12,657 nucleotides of DNA from an uncultured archaeon (GTDB lineage: Archaea > Asgardarchaeota > Lokiarchaeia > Sigyniarchaeales > Promethearchaeaceae): assembly GCA_964426185.1 (NCBI GenBank), contig CAYRPF010000086.1:1-12657 (forward strand), written 5' to 3'. Below, piece by piece: positions 1 to 6,575 of this stretch. The position numbers and the translations under genes were made by a program. The number at the start of each line of letters is the position of its first letter. The stretch's first letter is position 1. The notes under the pieces were generated by a model, which made no database searches, was not told where the DNA came from, and saw only the letters and a program-made list of their open reading frames with translations.

Positions 1-81
1 ATATATAGTGTTTACACTATATGCTTAATTAATCAACTAATTTTTCGAATTATTTTCTTAAACCAACAAAGGGATTCGACT

Positions 82-942
82 ATGGATTTATTGGCAGAAT
101 TGGAGCGAAACAGTGCCTACGCCCAAAAAATGAATGATGTTAAGCAGATTTTAAGTCAAAAAAAGGTCATTGTTGCTTTTTCCGGTGGCCGAGATAGTGC
201 TTTGTTGTCATATCTTTCATCAAAATATGCAAAAAAGACATTATCGGTATTTTTACGATCTGAGCTGTCATCCAGCATCGAAGCTCGCCAAGCGGAAAAT
301 TTCTGCAAATATTACAAAATAAAATTCAAAAATATTCCAATTAAGCTGCTAAATATCCAAATGGTGCAAGAAAACAGCACACAACGATGCTACTACTGCA
401 AGCAATTATCTCTAAGCAACTTGGAGGAAATAGCCGATGAGAAAGGCTATGATTTGGTGGTTGATGGAACCAACTATTCAGATTTAAATCAATTTCGCCC
501 TGGATTACAAGCCTTAAAAGAAAGTAAGGTGGAGTCTCCCTTAGCTTTAGCATCTATAACAAAAAGGGATATCATTGAAATCAGCCGTCTATTGAATCTA
601 ATCTCCCAAAATTACTCATCTCAAGCTTGTCTTGCTTCCAGGATTCCCTTCGGAATTCCGATTACTAATGAAATCCTTCAGAAAATTGATAAAAGTGAAA
701 ACTTCATTCGTAGCTTATTACCGAATAAGCACTCCCCGATGCGTGTTAGAATTCAAAAACTACTACCCACAGAACAATTGTTAGCTCGGATAGAAGTCGA
801 TTCGGAGATTTATAAAGTGCTTTCCAGTACCGAAACTCGCGCAAAAATTGTAAAAAAGCTGCATGAATACGGGTTCACCTATATCACTGTGGATCTGGAA
901 GGCTTTCAAAGCGGCTCCATGCACCGCATGCTGAAAAAATAA
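82..942 (+). CDS. larE: ATP-dependent sulfur transferase LarE (PP-loop family, nickel-pincer nucleotide cofactor biosynthesis)
   Basis: PP-loop FSGGRDS, RCYYCK, DGTNxSDLxxFRPGLQA, ACLASRIPFG and C-terminal GFTYITVDLEGFQSGSM are characteristic LarE motifs. 286 aa. Confidence 0.92.
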   Translation: MDLLAELERNSAYAQKMNDVKQILSQKKVIVAFSGGRDSALLSYLSSKYAKKTLSVFLRSELSSSIEARQAENFCKYYKIKFKNIPIKLLNIQMVQENSTQRCYYCKQLSLSNLEEIADEKGYDLVVDGTNYSDLNQFRPGLQALKESKVESPLALASITKRDIIEISRLLNLISQNYSSQACLASRIPFGIPITNEILQKIDKSENFIRSLLPNKHSPMRVRIQKLLPTEQLLARIEVDSEIYKVLSSTETRAKIVKKLHEYGFTYITVDLEGFQSGSMHRMLKK

Positions 943-959
943 GATTGAAATAGAAAACG

Positions 960-969
960 AAAAAAAAAA
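960..969 (-). terminator. Oligo-U terminator candidate after the SECIS of the HesB-like selenoprotein
   Basis: A10 on + (U10 on -), 5 nt past the 3' arm of the SECIS stem. Archaeal terminators are typically U-tracts. Confidence 0.55.
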
Positions 970-974
970 GGTTG

Positions 975-1056
975 CCAATCGTTCATTAAGAGAAACTCAT
1001 GCCGAGTTTGTCCAGTTTCCACGAAGTTTATTGAAAACCTTCATCCTCACGATTGG
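975..1056 (-). promoter_or_regulatory. Eukaryote-like SECIS element in the 3' UTR of the HesB-like selenoprotein
   Basis: Minus-strand RNA. Outer helix CCAAUCGU (1056-1049)/ACGAUUGG (982-975). Core AUGAA (1044-1040). Helix GGUUUUCA/UGGAAACU. Loop AUAAACUUCG with AAA 11 nt after AUGA. 3' core GGAC (1013-1010). Starts 9 nt after the stop codon. Confidence 0.8.
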
Positions 1057-1065
1057 TTTTCACGC

Positions 1066-1365
1066 TTAATTCTCAACCAATACTAAGCGCTTGAAGGCAG
1101 CCCATCCGGCTAAATCGATTTTGGCCTGTCCCCAAAGATGACCGATGCGTTTATCGATGTAAATCGGGAATTTGCACTCTTCAGTTTTTTTTACCTCGAA
1201 CGCATCTTTATCTTGGATCATTTCCTCATCAGCCGGAGCTACCACATTCACGACTTCTGTACCACATCAACCTCGATATACTCGCTGAAACACCACTAAA
1301 ATGGGATTAGCGAATTCTTTGGCTTGTTCTTGCAAGTAGGCACAAGCTTCGTTTGTGATATTCAT
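1066..1365 (-). CDS. HesB/IscA-like selenoprotein, 99 aa, Sec33 (UGA at 1269-1267) in a G-U-C-G motif
   Basis: ATG at 1365 reads MNITNEACAYLQEQAKEFANPILVVFQRVYRG-UGA-CGTEVVNVV... in frame with the 61-aa track ORF, ending TAA at 1068-1066. N-terminal 'ITxxAxxYL', 'RGxCG' and 'IYID' resemble the HesB/IscA fold. A SECIS follows in the 3' UTR. Confidence 0.85.
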
Positions 1366-1628
1366 TGATGATCATATAGTTCAAGGAAACTAAATATTTT
1401 AAGTTGTGCATTTTATTTGAACAGTTATAGTAGAAAAGTGGATGATTTTTAAAATTCAAGGATTAATTTGGATACTTATTTTTTTTATTCTATTTTCTTA
1501 ATTTTCATTTTATTTATGTATTGAAGAATATTATCTGTTAAAACGAAGAATAAGTTGTCTTTGTACATAAGAATCTTCTTTTAGATATTTTCCACAAAGT
1601 TTTTATCACATTAAAAATTCGAATTTAT

Positions 1629-1995
1629 ATGGTAGGTCGCCATTTAAAGCCCCAAACCAAGATCTTTCGAGATTTTGAGATAGAAACACCTTCTGGTGAT
1701 GTGAAAGGGATTTCGTATCGTATTTGACAAAGCGAAACGGGGCTATGCAAAAATTGATCCGTACCGAAAAACGGTACGAGTTGGTAAAGAAATTTCTCCT
1801 GCTGTTGGCGCAGCGTTGGGAGAAGTCATACTTCTTTACGCATCTAAATACATCCAAAATAATTTAGCAGAACATAAAAATAGTTTGCTTTCGAATTCTC
1901 TTGTATTAACAGGGTCGAAAACAGTCGAAAAAATCGAGAAGCGAATTCGAGCTTGTATCATCTGTCAAAATAGTCCGACGATATTGCTTAGATGA
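1629..1995 (+). pseudogene. Possible frameshifted gene of unknown function (about 121 aa if repaired)
   Basis: The ATG1629 frame (MVGRHLKPQTKIFRDFEIETPSGDVKG...) stops at 1725-1727. The +1 frame is open 1705-1995 (KGFRIVFDKAKRGYAKIDPYRK...RACIICQNSPTILLR). Removing one base in AAAGGGATTT (1704-1713) joins them. Confidence 0.4.
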
Positions 1996-2200
1996 GGGAA
2001 TTCACCTTAGATATAACCTCAGATAAACGATCTTATTTACCACAATTCTGTGGAAAGATACCTTTATCCTTCATGTTTTGCAAGCAATCTGGCAAAATTG
2101 AATGTTTTATGGGGTTTCAACTTATATTTACAAAGAATCTTATTGAAATTGGTTACAATTTAGAATATAATCAAAATTTCACCTTTAAGCTTGATAGAGA

Positions 2201-2212
2201 GAGAATTATAAA
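2201..2212 (+). promoter_or_regulatory. Putative BRE/TATA promoter of ferritin
   Basis: Purine run GAGAA followed by TTATAAA (2206-2212), about 80-100 nt upstream of the ferritin start. Confidence 0.45.
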
Positions 2213-2291
2213 TCATCACAGCTAATTCATTATTGGACTTCTCAAGTTTTAGGATTTTGGGGAGTAAAATATTAAGAAAAATTGCAGTGAA

Positions 2292-2789
2292 GTGAAAAAA
2301 GTGCCTGAAATGATTGGTTCTGAGTTAAATCAAGAATTTAACAAACAGATTGTTGAAGAATTGCGCTCTGGTTATATCTATTTAGCTATGAGTGCATGGG
2401 CAGATGAAAGGAATCTGCATAATTTTGCCGCATTTATGAAAACCCATGCTGAAAAAGAAGAATATAAGCATGCCATGAAATTCGTCAAATTTATCCAAGA
2501 AGCTGGAGGTAAAGTAGAATACGGCGCCATTGGAGAGGCAAAGGCGGATTGGGCAGACACTGAAACAGTCCTAAAGGAAGCTATAAAACACGAGCAACAT
2601 ATTACCGCTCGGATTAAATTGCTTTGGGATTTAGCCCAGAAAAACGGTGAAGTATACGCCTATGATATGTTATCTTGGTTCTTAGAAGAACAAATGGAAG
2701 AAGAAAATTTATTCGAAGATTTACTCCGCCAGTACGAATTAGTGGGAAAAAGAGATGGTTATTGGGACCATCTCGTAAAGCATCCCTAA
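2292..2789 (+). CDS. ftnA: Non-heme ferritin (start may be ATG at 2310)
   Basis: LNQEFNKQIVEELRSGYIYLAMSAW, EEYKHAMK, HEQHIT and WFLEEQMEEE carry the ferroxidase-centre residues of prokaryotic ferritin. Confidence 0.93.
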   Translation: MKKVPEMIGSELNQEFNKQIVEELRSGYIYLAMSAWADERNLHNFAAFMKTHAEKEEYKHAMKFVKFIQEAGGKVEYGAIGEAKADWADTETVLKEAIKHEQHITARIKLLWDLAQKNGEVYAYDMLSWFLEEQMEEENLFEDLLRQYELVGKRDGYWDHLVKHP

Positions 2790-2855
2790 TTCCATTAATT
2801 CCTTTTTTTTAGATTTCATTTTTATATCCAATAATTGATAAAGAAATGGGATTAG

Positions 2856-3104
2856 ATGTCACCGATCTTTCCTGCGGTTATATTTAAAGCTCAACAAATG
2901 TTGCAGAAATTCGAAGAAGATGCTATTTATGCCTTTTTGGTAGGCGCTATGATTGGAGCGATCATTGGGAATATAGCTATTCTTTCAGGCAACGAAGGTG
3001 GATTTCAAGTAGAAGTTGGAGTAGGTTCTGCTATAGCTGCTGCATCTATTATTTATTTAGCAGGAGGCTGTCTGCTTAAAGAATGTAATGGGATTAATTT
3101 TTAA
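2856..3104 (+). CDS. Small hypothetical membrane protein (2 predicted TM helices)
   Basis: 82 aa with two hydrophobic Gly/Ala-rich stretches (FLVGAMIGAIIGNIAIL; VGVGSAIAAASIIYLAGG). Fills the gap between ferritin and a convergent gene. Confidence 0.6.
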   Translation: MSPIFPAVIFKAQQMLQKFEEDAIYAFLVGAMIGAIIGNIAILSGNEGGFQVEVGVGSAIAAASIIYLAGGCLLKECNGINF

Positions 3105-3144
3105 CATAACATAGCGATACTAAGCGATAAGAAGGAAAAAAATA

Positions 3145-3561
3145 TTAATACCAGAAAGATTTGGAATAACGCTCTTTTTCTATTTTACATTTGATCCAGT
3201 CTTTGGTTCGGTGAATTTCTTCCAAAGTTGATGGTGTGATAAAGTATAAGGTGGGAACTGCATATGCTTGGAGTAAAAGTTTATCTGATTTTTCAAAACT
3301 CTCTTCAAGTTTTCCCTCGACAGCCATATTTTTGGTTAATTCATTCTCGGCTAGCAGCCTAAGGTTATTCCTGCAGATTTCTTCCAAATCAGCAATTTGT
3401 TCTGTGAGTTTTTGGTATCTGGAAAGTTCAATCCTAACTGGAAGTTCTTCAATCTTTTCCAAAGCTTTCTGGAAATATTGGTGCATTATTAATTCTCTTA
3501 GTTCCATTACTGTTTGATTTATTTCTTGTTCGGTTTTCCAGACGGATGCATTGGAATTCAT
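3145..3561 (-). CDS. Hypothetical helical protein
   Basis: 138-aa ORF, ATG start, Glu/Lys/Leu-rich protein-like composition, co-oriented with the upstream regulator. Confidence 0.7.
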   Translation of the reverse strand: MNSNASVWKTEQEINQTVMELRELIMHQYFQKALEKIEELPVRIELSRYQKLTEQIADLEEICRNNLRLLAENELTKNMAVEGKLEESFEKSDKLLLQAYAVPTLYFITPSTLEEIHRTKDWIKCKIEKERYSKSFWY

Positions 3562-3626
3562 ATATTTTACCTATGATTTTTTATGAAAAAATAGGATACT
3601 ACATTAATTTTAATAAATTGGACTAT

Positions 3627-4649
3627 TTATTTGTTCTTATTTTCTATTTCACGAATTAATCGACATAAGATACTGTGCAACCAAGGAAAACCTCTGATTT
3701 TTAACCAGTTGTTTTGGGGGTTTTCCAATTCTATTAAAAGTTTTTTGAATGTTTTTAACCAAATAGATAATTCTTCGGCAAATCTTGCAGAATAAGGCTT
3801 ATTAGGTAATGAAAAAGGGCTTAAACAGTAGAGTCTTTTCCCATTCCAGCGTTTTTCTTTGATTTCGATGTATTTCTGGTCCACCAAAACTTGAAGATGA
3901 CGGGAAACTGTACTTTGGGATATATCTAAAACGCTGGAAAGGAAATTTTGTGTGACGCTTGTTCCCAAAAAAAACCAACTCAAAATTATATCTCGCTTTT
4001 CATCCCCGGTGGTAAAAATGTAGTAATTCTTCAAAACTGTGATGATTTCACTAATTATCGGAGGAATTTGCAGTTTATCCAATAAAGCACTGGTACCGGT
4101 AATAGACCAGGCTTGTGTTTTTTCTATGGGAAATTGTTTGGGGAGTTCTTTGTCTGGTAAATTTTGCGGATTAGTGTCTTTTGATAATAAATTTAATCGG
4201 GCTTCTAAGAAGGAACATAAATCTTTAATTCGTGTTGGGATCGCTGAAAAAGGACCTTTTAAGGAATTAATCTTCGGTGAGGTGATTAATCGCAGCAATT
4301 CTTGTTTCAAGGTTAAAGTTCTTTGAAAAATCTCTTGATATGGATAATTCAATCCTAAATCATAATTTACCAGAGTATATTTATAGGTGTGGGTTTTGGG
4401 AATCATTTCCCTGTTAATCCAACCACGGATAAGATAAGATTGAAGTTTCTCGGAAATTAAACCGGTAGAATATCCAGTGATTTTTTTTAGCTCTTTTTGA
4501 GTAAGGCAGTGGTATATCTGGAAATACATAAGAAAAATTATATCTGACTCTTCTTTCTGCTGAATTCTGCCGATTTTAATAAAAAAATCACGAATCAGGG
4601 TAAATTTAGCTGCAAATTCGGCTTCAAGGGAATTTGGATGAACGTATAT
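3627..4649 (-). CDS. Tandem winged-HTH (GbsR/MarR-like) transcriptional regulator; likely ATA start at 4649 (340 aa) rather than ATG 4529
   Basis: Two wHTH units: LTQKELKKITGYSTGLISEKL and VTQNFLSSVLDISQSTVSRHL. The frame stays open upstream of 4529 to TAG at 4655-4653. SD GGAGGG (4661-4656) lies 6 nt before ATA. Confidence 0.8.
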   Translation of the reverse strand: MYVHPNSLEAEFAAKFTLIRDFFIKIGRIQQKEESDIIFLMYFQIYHCLTQKELKKITGYSTGLISEKLQSYLIRGWINREMIPKTHTYKYTLVNYDLGLNYPYQEIFQRTLTLKQELLRLITSPKINSLKGPFSAIPTRIKDLCSFLEARLNLLSKDTNPQNLPDKELPKQFPIEKTQAWSITGTSALLDKLQIPPIISEIITVLKNYYIFTTGDEKRDIILSWFFLGTSVTQNFLSSVLDISQSTVSRHLQVLVDQKYIEIKEKRWNGKRLYCLSPFSLPNKPYSARFAEELSIWLKTFKKLLIELENPQNNWLKIRGFPWLHSILCRLIREIENKNK

Positions 4650-4684
4650 TTTCTACCCTCCAAATATATCGATTTTTTAATTTA

Positions 4685-4798
4685 TTCATACATATGAAAC
4701 TCTAAAAATACCAATTATATAAATTTAACTGCTTACAATCCGTAATAATACGGATTTATGGAGCTAAAAAATATGAATTTAAAATTCACCAAAATGAA
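4685..4798. promoter_or_regulatory. Palindromic operator candidates in the divergent regulator/dppB promoter region
   Basis: TTCA-N6-TGAA at 4685-4698 and 4785-4798. AATCCGTA-ATAA-TACGGATT at 4737-4756. TATA-like boxes at about 4716-4723 (-) and 4802-4809 (+). Confidence 0.5.
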
Positions 4799-4834
4799 TA
4801 TTTTAAATATGAAGCTTTTCCTTTAATTATTATA

Positions 4835-5860
4835 ATGAATATTTTTACCTACATTCTCCGGCGTCTTCTACAGATTATTCCTATCTATTTTTTGATAATT
4901 ACATTAGTTTTTGTGGGTGTTAGACTCTTTCCGGGAGACCCCTTCCTGTTTCAAATAAAAAGAATCACTGATTATCAACTTCAACTCTATTTAGAACGTG
5001 TGAGATTGCACGGATTAGATCAACCCATATGGGAACAATATAAAATATATTTAAAGAATTTGTTCACCGGAAACTGGGGGGACAGCTGGTATTTGGCAAA
5101 TGGTGCCCCTGTTTGGCCATTGATAAAGTTTTCCATAAAAAATAGCTTAGAATTCTTGTTATTGACCTTGACTGGTTCTTATTTTATTGGAACGCGCTTA
5201 GGAAAGTGGGCGGCGGGTAAAAAAAACCGTTATTTAACTGGTTCCATGCGCTGGGGAATAGTTTTTATGTCTGCCATTCCAATTTTACTGGTAGCGATGA
5301 TCTCGCAGTATTACATGGGTCAATCCTTGATTTTCTATAAATATACAAGAGGAATAAAATCTGCCTTGATGGGAGATCCCACATATGTCACTGGAATGCG
5401 TTTAATCGATTGCATCTTGGATTTAAGATTTGATTTGGCTTGGGATACGCTCTTGCATTATTTAGTTCCAGGGATTACCTTCACCCTTCCGATTATCGCG
5501 TTAGTTTCCAATCATACCCGCTCAAGTATGTTGGATGTACTTCAAACTGATTACATCCGCACTGCACAAGCCAAGGGGTGCCCACCGAACTATCTTTTAA
5601 AGAAACATGCATTTAGAAATTCTATTATTCCGGTTGTTTCAATTATGGGTATGAGTTTTCCTCTTTTCATTTCAAATTTAATTTTGGTGGAATATCTATA
5701 TTCATTACCCGGATTTGGAGCTCTCTTTTATTTAGCCTTTAAATTTCTGGATTATAATGTGCTTATAGCCATTACGTGCATGTCGGTAACCATTTCTGTA
5801 GCGGGAAATTTCATTGCCGATGTCCTTTATGCCATAGTAGATCCACGAATTAGGTATTAA
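4835..5860 (+). CDS. dppB: Peptide/nickel ABC transporter permease, DppB/OppB family
   Basis: YILRRLLQIIP, PGDP, GLDQPIWEQY, GNWGDS, EAA-like loop RSSMLDVLQTDYIRTAQAKG, KHAFRNSIIP, C-terminal DVLYAIVDPRIRY. Confidence 0.92.
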   Translation: MNIFTYILRRLLQIIPIYFLIITLVFVGVRLFPGDPFLFQIKRITDYQLQLYLERVRLHGLDQPIWEQYKIYLKNLFTGNWGDSWYLANGAPVWPLIKFSIKNSLEFLLLTLTGSYFIGTRLGKWAAGKKNRYLTGSMRWGIVFMSAIPILLVAMISQYYMGQSLIFYKYTRGIKSALMGDPTYVTGMRLIDCILDLRFDLAWDTLLHYLVPGITFTLPIIALVSNHTRSSMLDVLQTDYIRTAQAKGCPPNYLLKKHAFRNSIIPVVSIMGMSFPLFISNLILVEYLYSLPGFGALFYLAFKFLDYNVLIAITCMSVTISVAGNFIADVLYAIVDPRIRY

Positions 5861-5908
5861 TGAAATGAAAACTGACTTGAATGTTTACTAGGTAGAGGAA
5901 AAGGAAGA

Positions 5909-5981
5909 TGGGACGTAAGCGATTTGAACGCTTGATCAAAGGGTCTGGAGCCCTTCATCCTAGCCACTAGACGAACGTCCC
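5909..5981 (-). tRNA. trnW: tRNA-Trp (CCA), intronless, 3' CCA not encoded
   Basis: Reverse complement GGGACGT TC GTCT AGTGGCTA GGAT G AAGGG CT-CCA-GA CCCTT TGATC AAGCG TTCAAAT CGCTT ACGTCCC A folds into a full cloverleaf. Confidence 0.95.
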
Positions 5982-6033
5982 TGTGTTATGGAATCATTCT
6001 TGGTCATTATAAGTTCAGAACCAAGAATGGAAC

Positions 6034-6174
6034 ATGAAAAAAAAGGTGTGATGACATTAAAGTTTTTGGTGTTTCATACGTATTCCATAAAAGGAATTAA
6101 TGACAAAATACTTAGAGTGACGGAAGCACTTTCGATGGAAGGTGTCAAAATCTGCGTTATCACAGCTGTTTCAT
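6034..6174 (+). ncRNA. Candidate structured RNA of unknown class
   Basis: Nested helices 6047-6055/6156-6164 and 6064-6077/6135-6150 enclose hairpins 6082-6097 and 6114-6132. Many G-U pairs favour the + strand. T-tract follows at about 6187-6193. Confidence 0.35.
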
Positions 6175-6247
6175 TATTAAGAATAGTTTTTTTCTTGTTA
6201 ATTCTAATAATCCGAAGATATAATAAATTAAGCGATGAAAGAGTATT

Positions 6248-6466
6248 ATGGTTGATATTGTTATGCAGAGTGCAATAACCTGTCCCTACTGTGGAAACAA
6301 AAAAACTTACCCGCTTTCTGAGACACTTTGAACCCAGCACTTAGAATGTGAGTTCTGCGGTAAATTGATCAAAGGCCATATGAACCCGCATGGTTGACCT
6401 TGAGTGTTCTGTACTTACGGAGATGTGCCTTGAATTGCAATTCAACGGAAAGCTCAAAGTTTTTAA
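6248..6466 (+). CDS. GDCCVxC-family (seleno)protein with four selenocysteines (U28, U50, U52, U62), 72 aa
   Basis: MVDIVMQSAITCPYCGNKKTYPLSETL-U-TQHLECEFCGKLIKGHMNPHG-U-P-U-VFCTYGDVP-U-IAIQRKAQSF*. UGA at 6329, 6395, 6401 and 6431. Matches the family pattern S.ITCP.CG...C....C..CG......GDCCVFCSYG.VPCPPIQ. SECIS downstream. Confidence 0.9.
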
Positions 6467-6482
6467 TATATTGTACAGAAGT

Positions 6483-6564
6483 GATGCGTATTCTAATGTA
6501 ATCATCTGATGAAGAGAAATCTGAAACCCACCTATTGGGAAGTTTCTTTGAGGGAATGCCCATT
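6483..6564 (+). promoter_or_regulatory. Eukaryote-like type II SECIS element in the 3' UTR of the 4-Sec protein
   Basis: AUGAA (6509-6513), helix GAGAAAUCU/AGUUUCUU, AAA (6524-6526) 11 nt after AUGA, apical mini-stem CCCA/UGGG, 3' core UGAG (6549-6552). Possible lower helix GAUG-C-GUAUUCU/GGAAUGC-C-CAUU. Confidence 0.88.
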
Positions 6565-6575
6565 CGGATTATATA

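Noticed and set aside
1606-2225. Track ORFs 1606-1857(-) and 1992-2225(+)
   Set aside because: No motifs. The first is antisense to the more protein-like split + frame, and the second runs over the ferritin promoter. Not supported as genes.
2285-2290. CAGUGA (IRE loop consensus) just before the ferritin start
   Set aside because: The flanks (AAUUG / AGUGA) do not form the 5-bp upper stem and there is no bulged C, so it is not a canonical IRE.
5909-5960. tRNA-Trp as an integration site for a mobile element
   Set aside because: No integrase and no duplicated tRNA 3' end were seen in the window.
6048-6054. GUGAUGA box C motif suggesting a C/D sRNA
   Set aside because: No box D (CUGA) at a suitable distance, and the motif is buried in a predicted helix.
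6248-6466. UGA reassigned to Trp (code 4), or pseudogene decay, as explanations for the in-frame UGAs
   Set aside because: The other long genes have no in-frame UGA and use TGG for Trp. All interruptions in both genes are UGA at or next to Cys-type positions, and both genes carry SECIS hairpins.
5988-6563. Track ORFs 5988-6278(+), 6074-6340(-) and 6369-6563(-)
   Set aside because: No recognisable motifs. They overlap the tRNA promoter, the structured RNA, the 4-Sec gene and its SECIS, so they are likely spurious.
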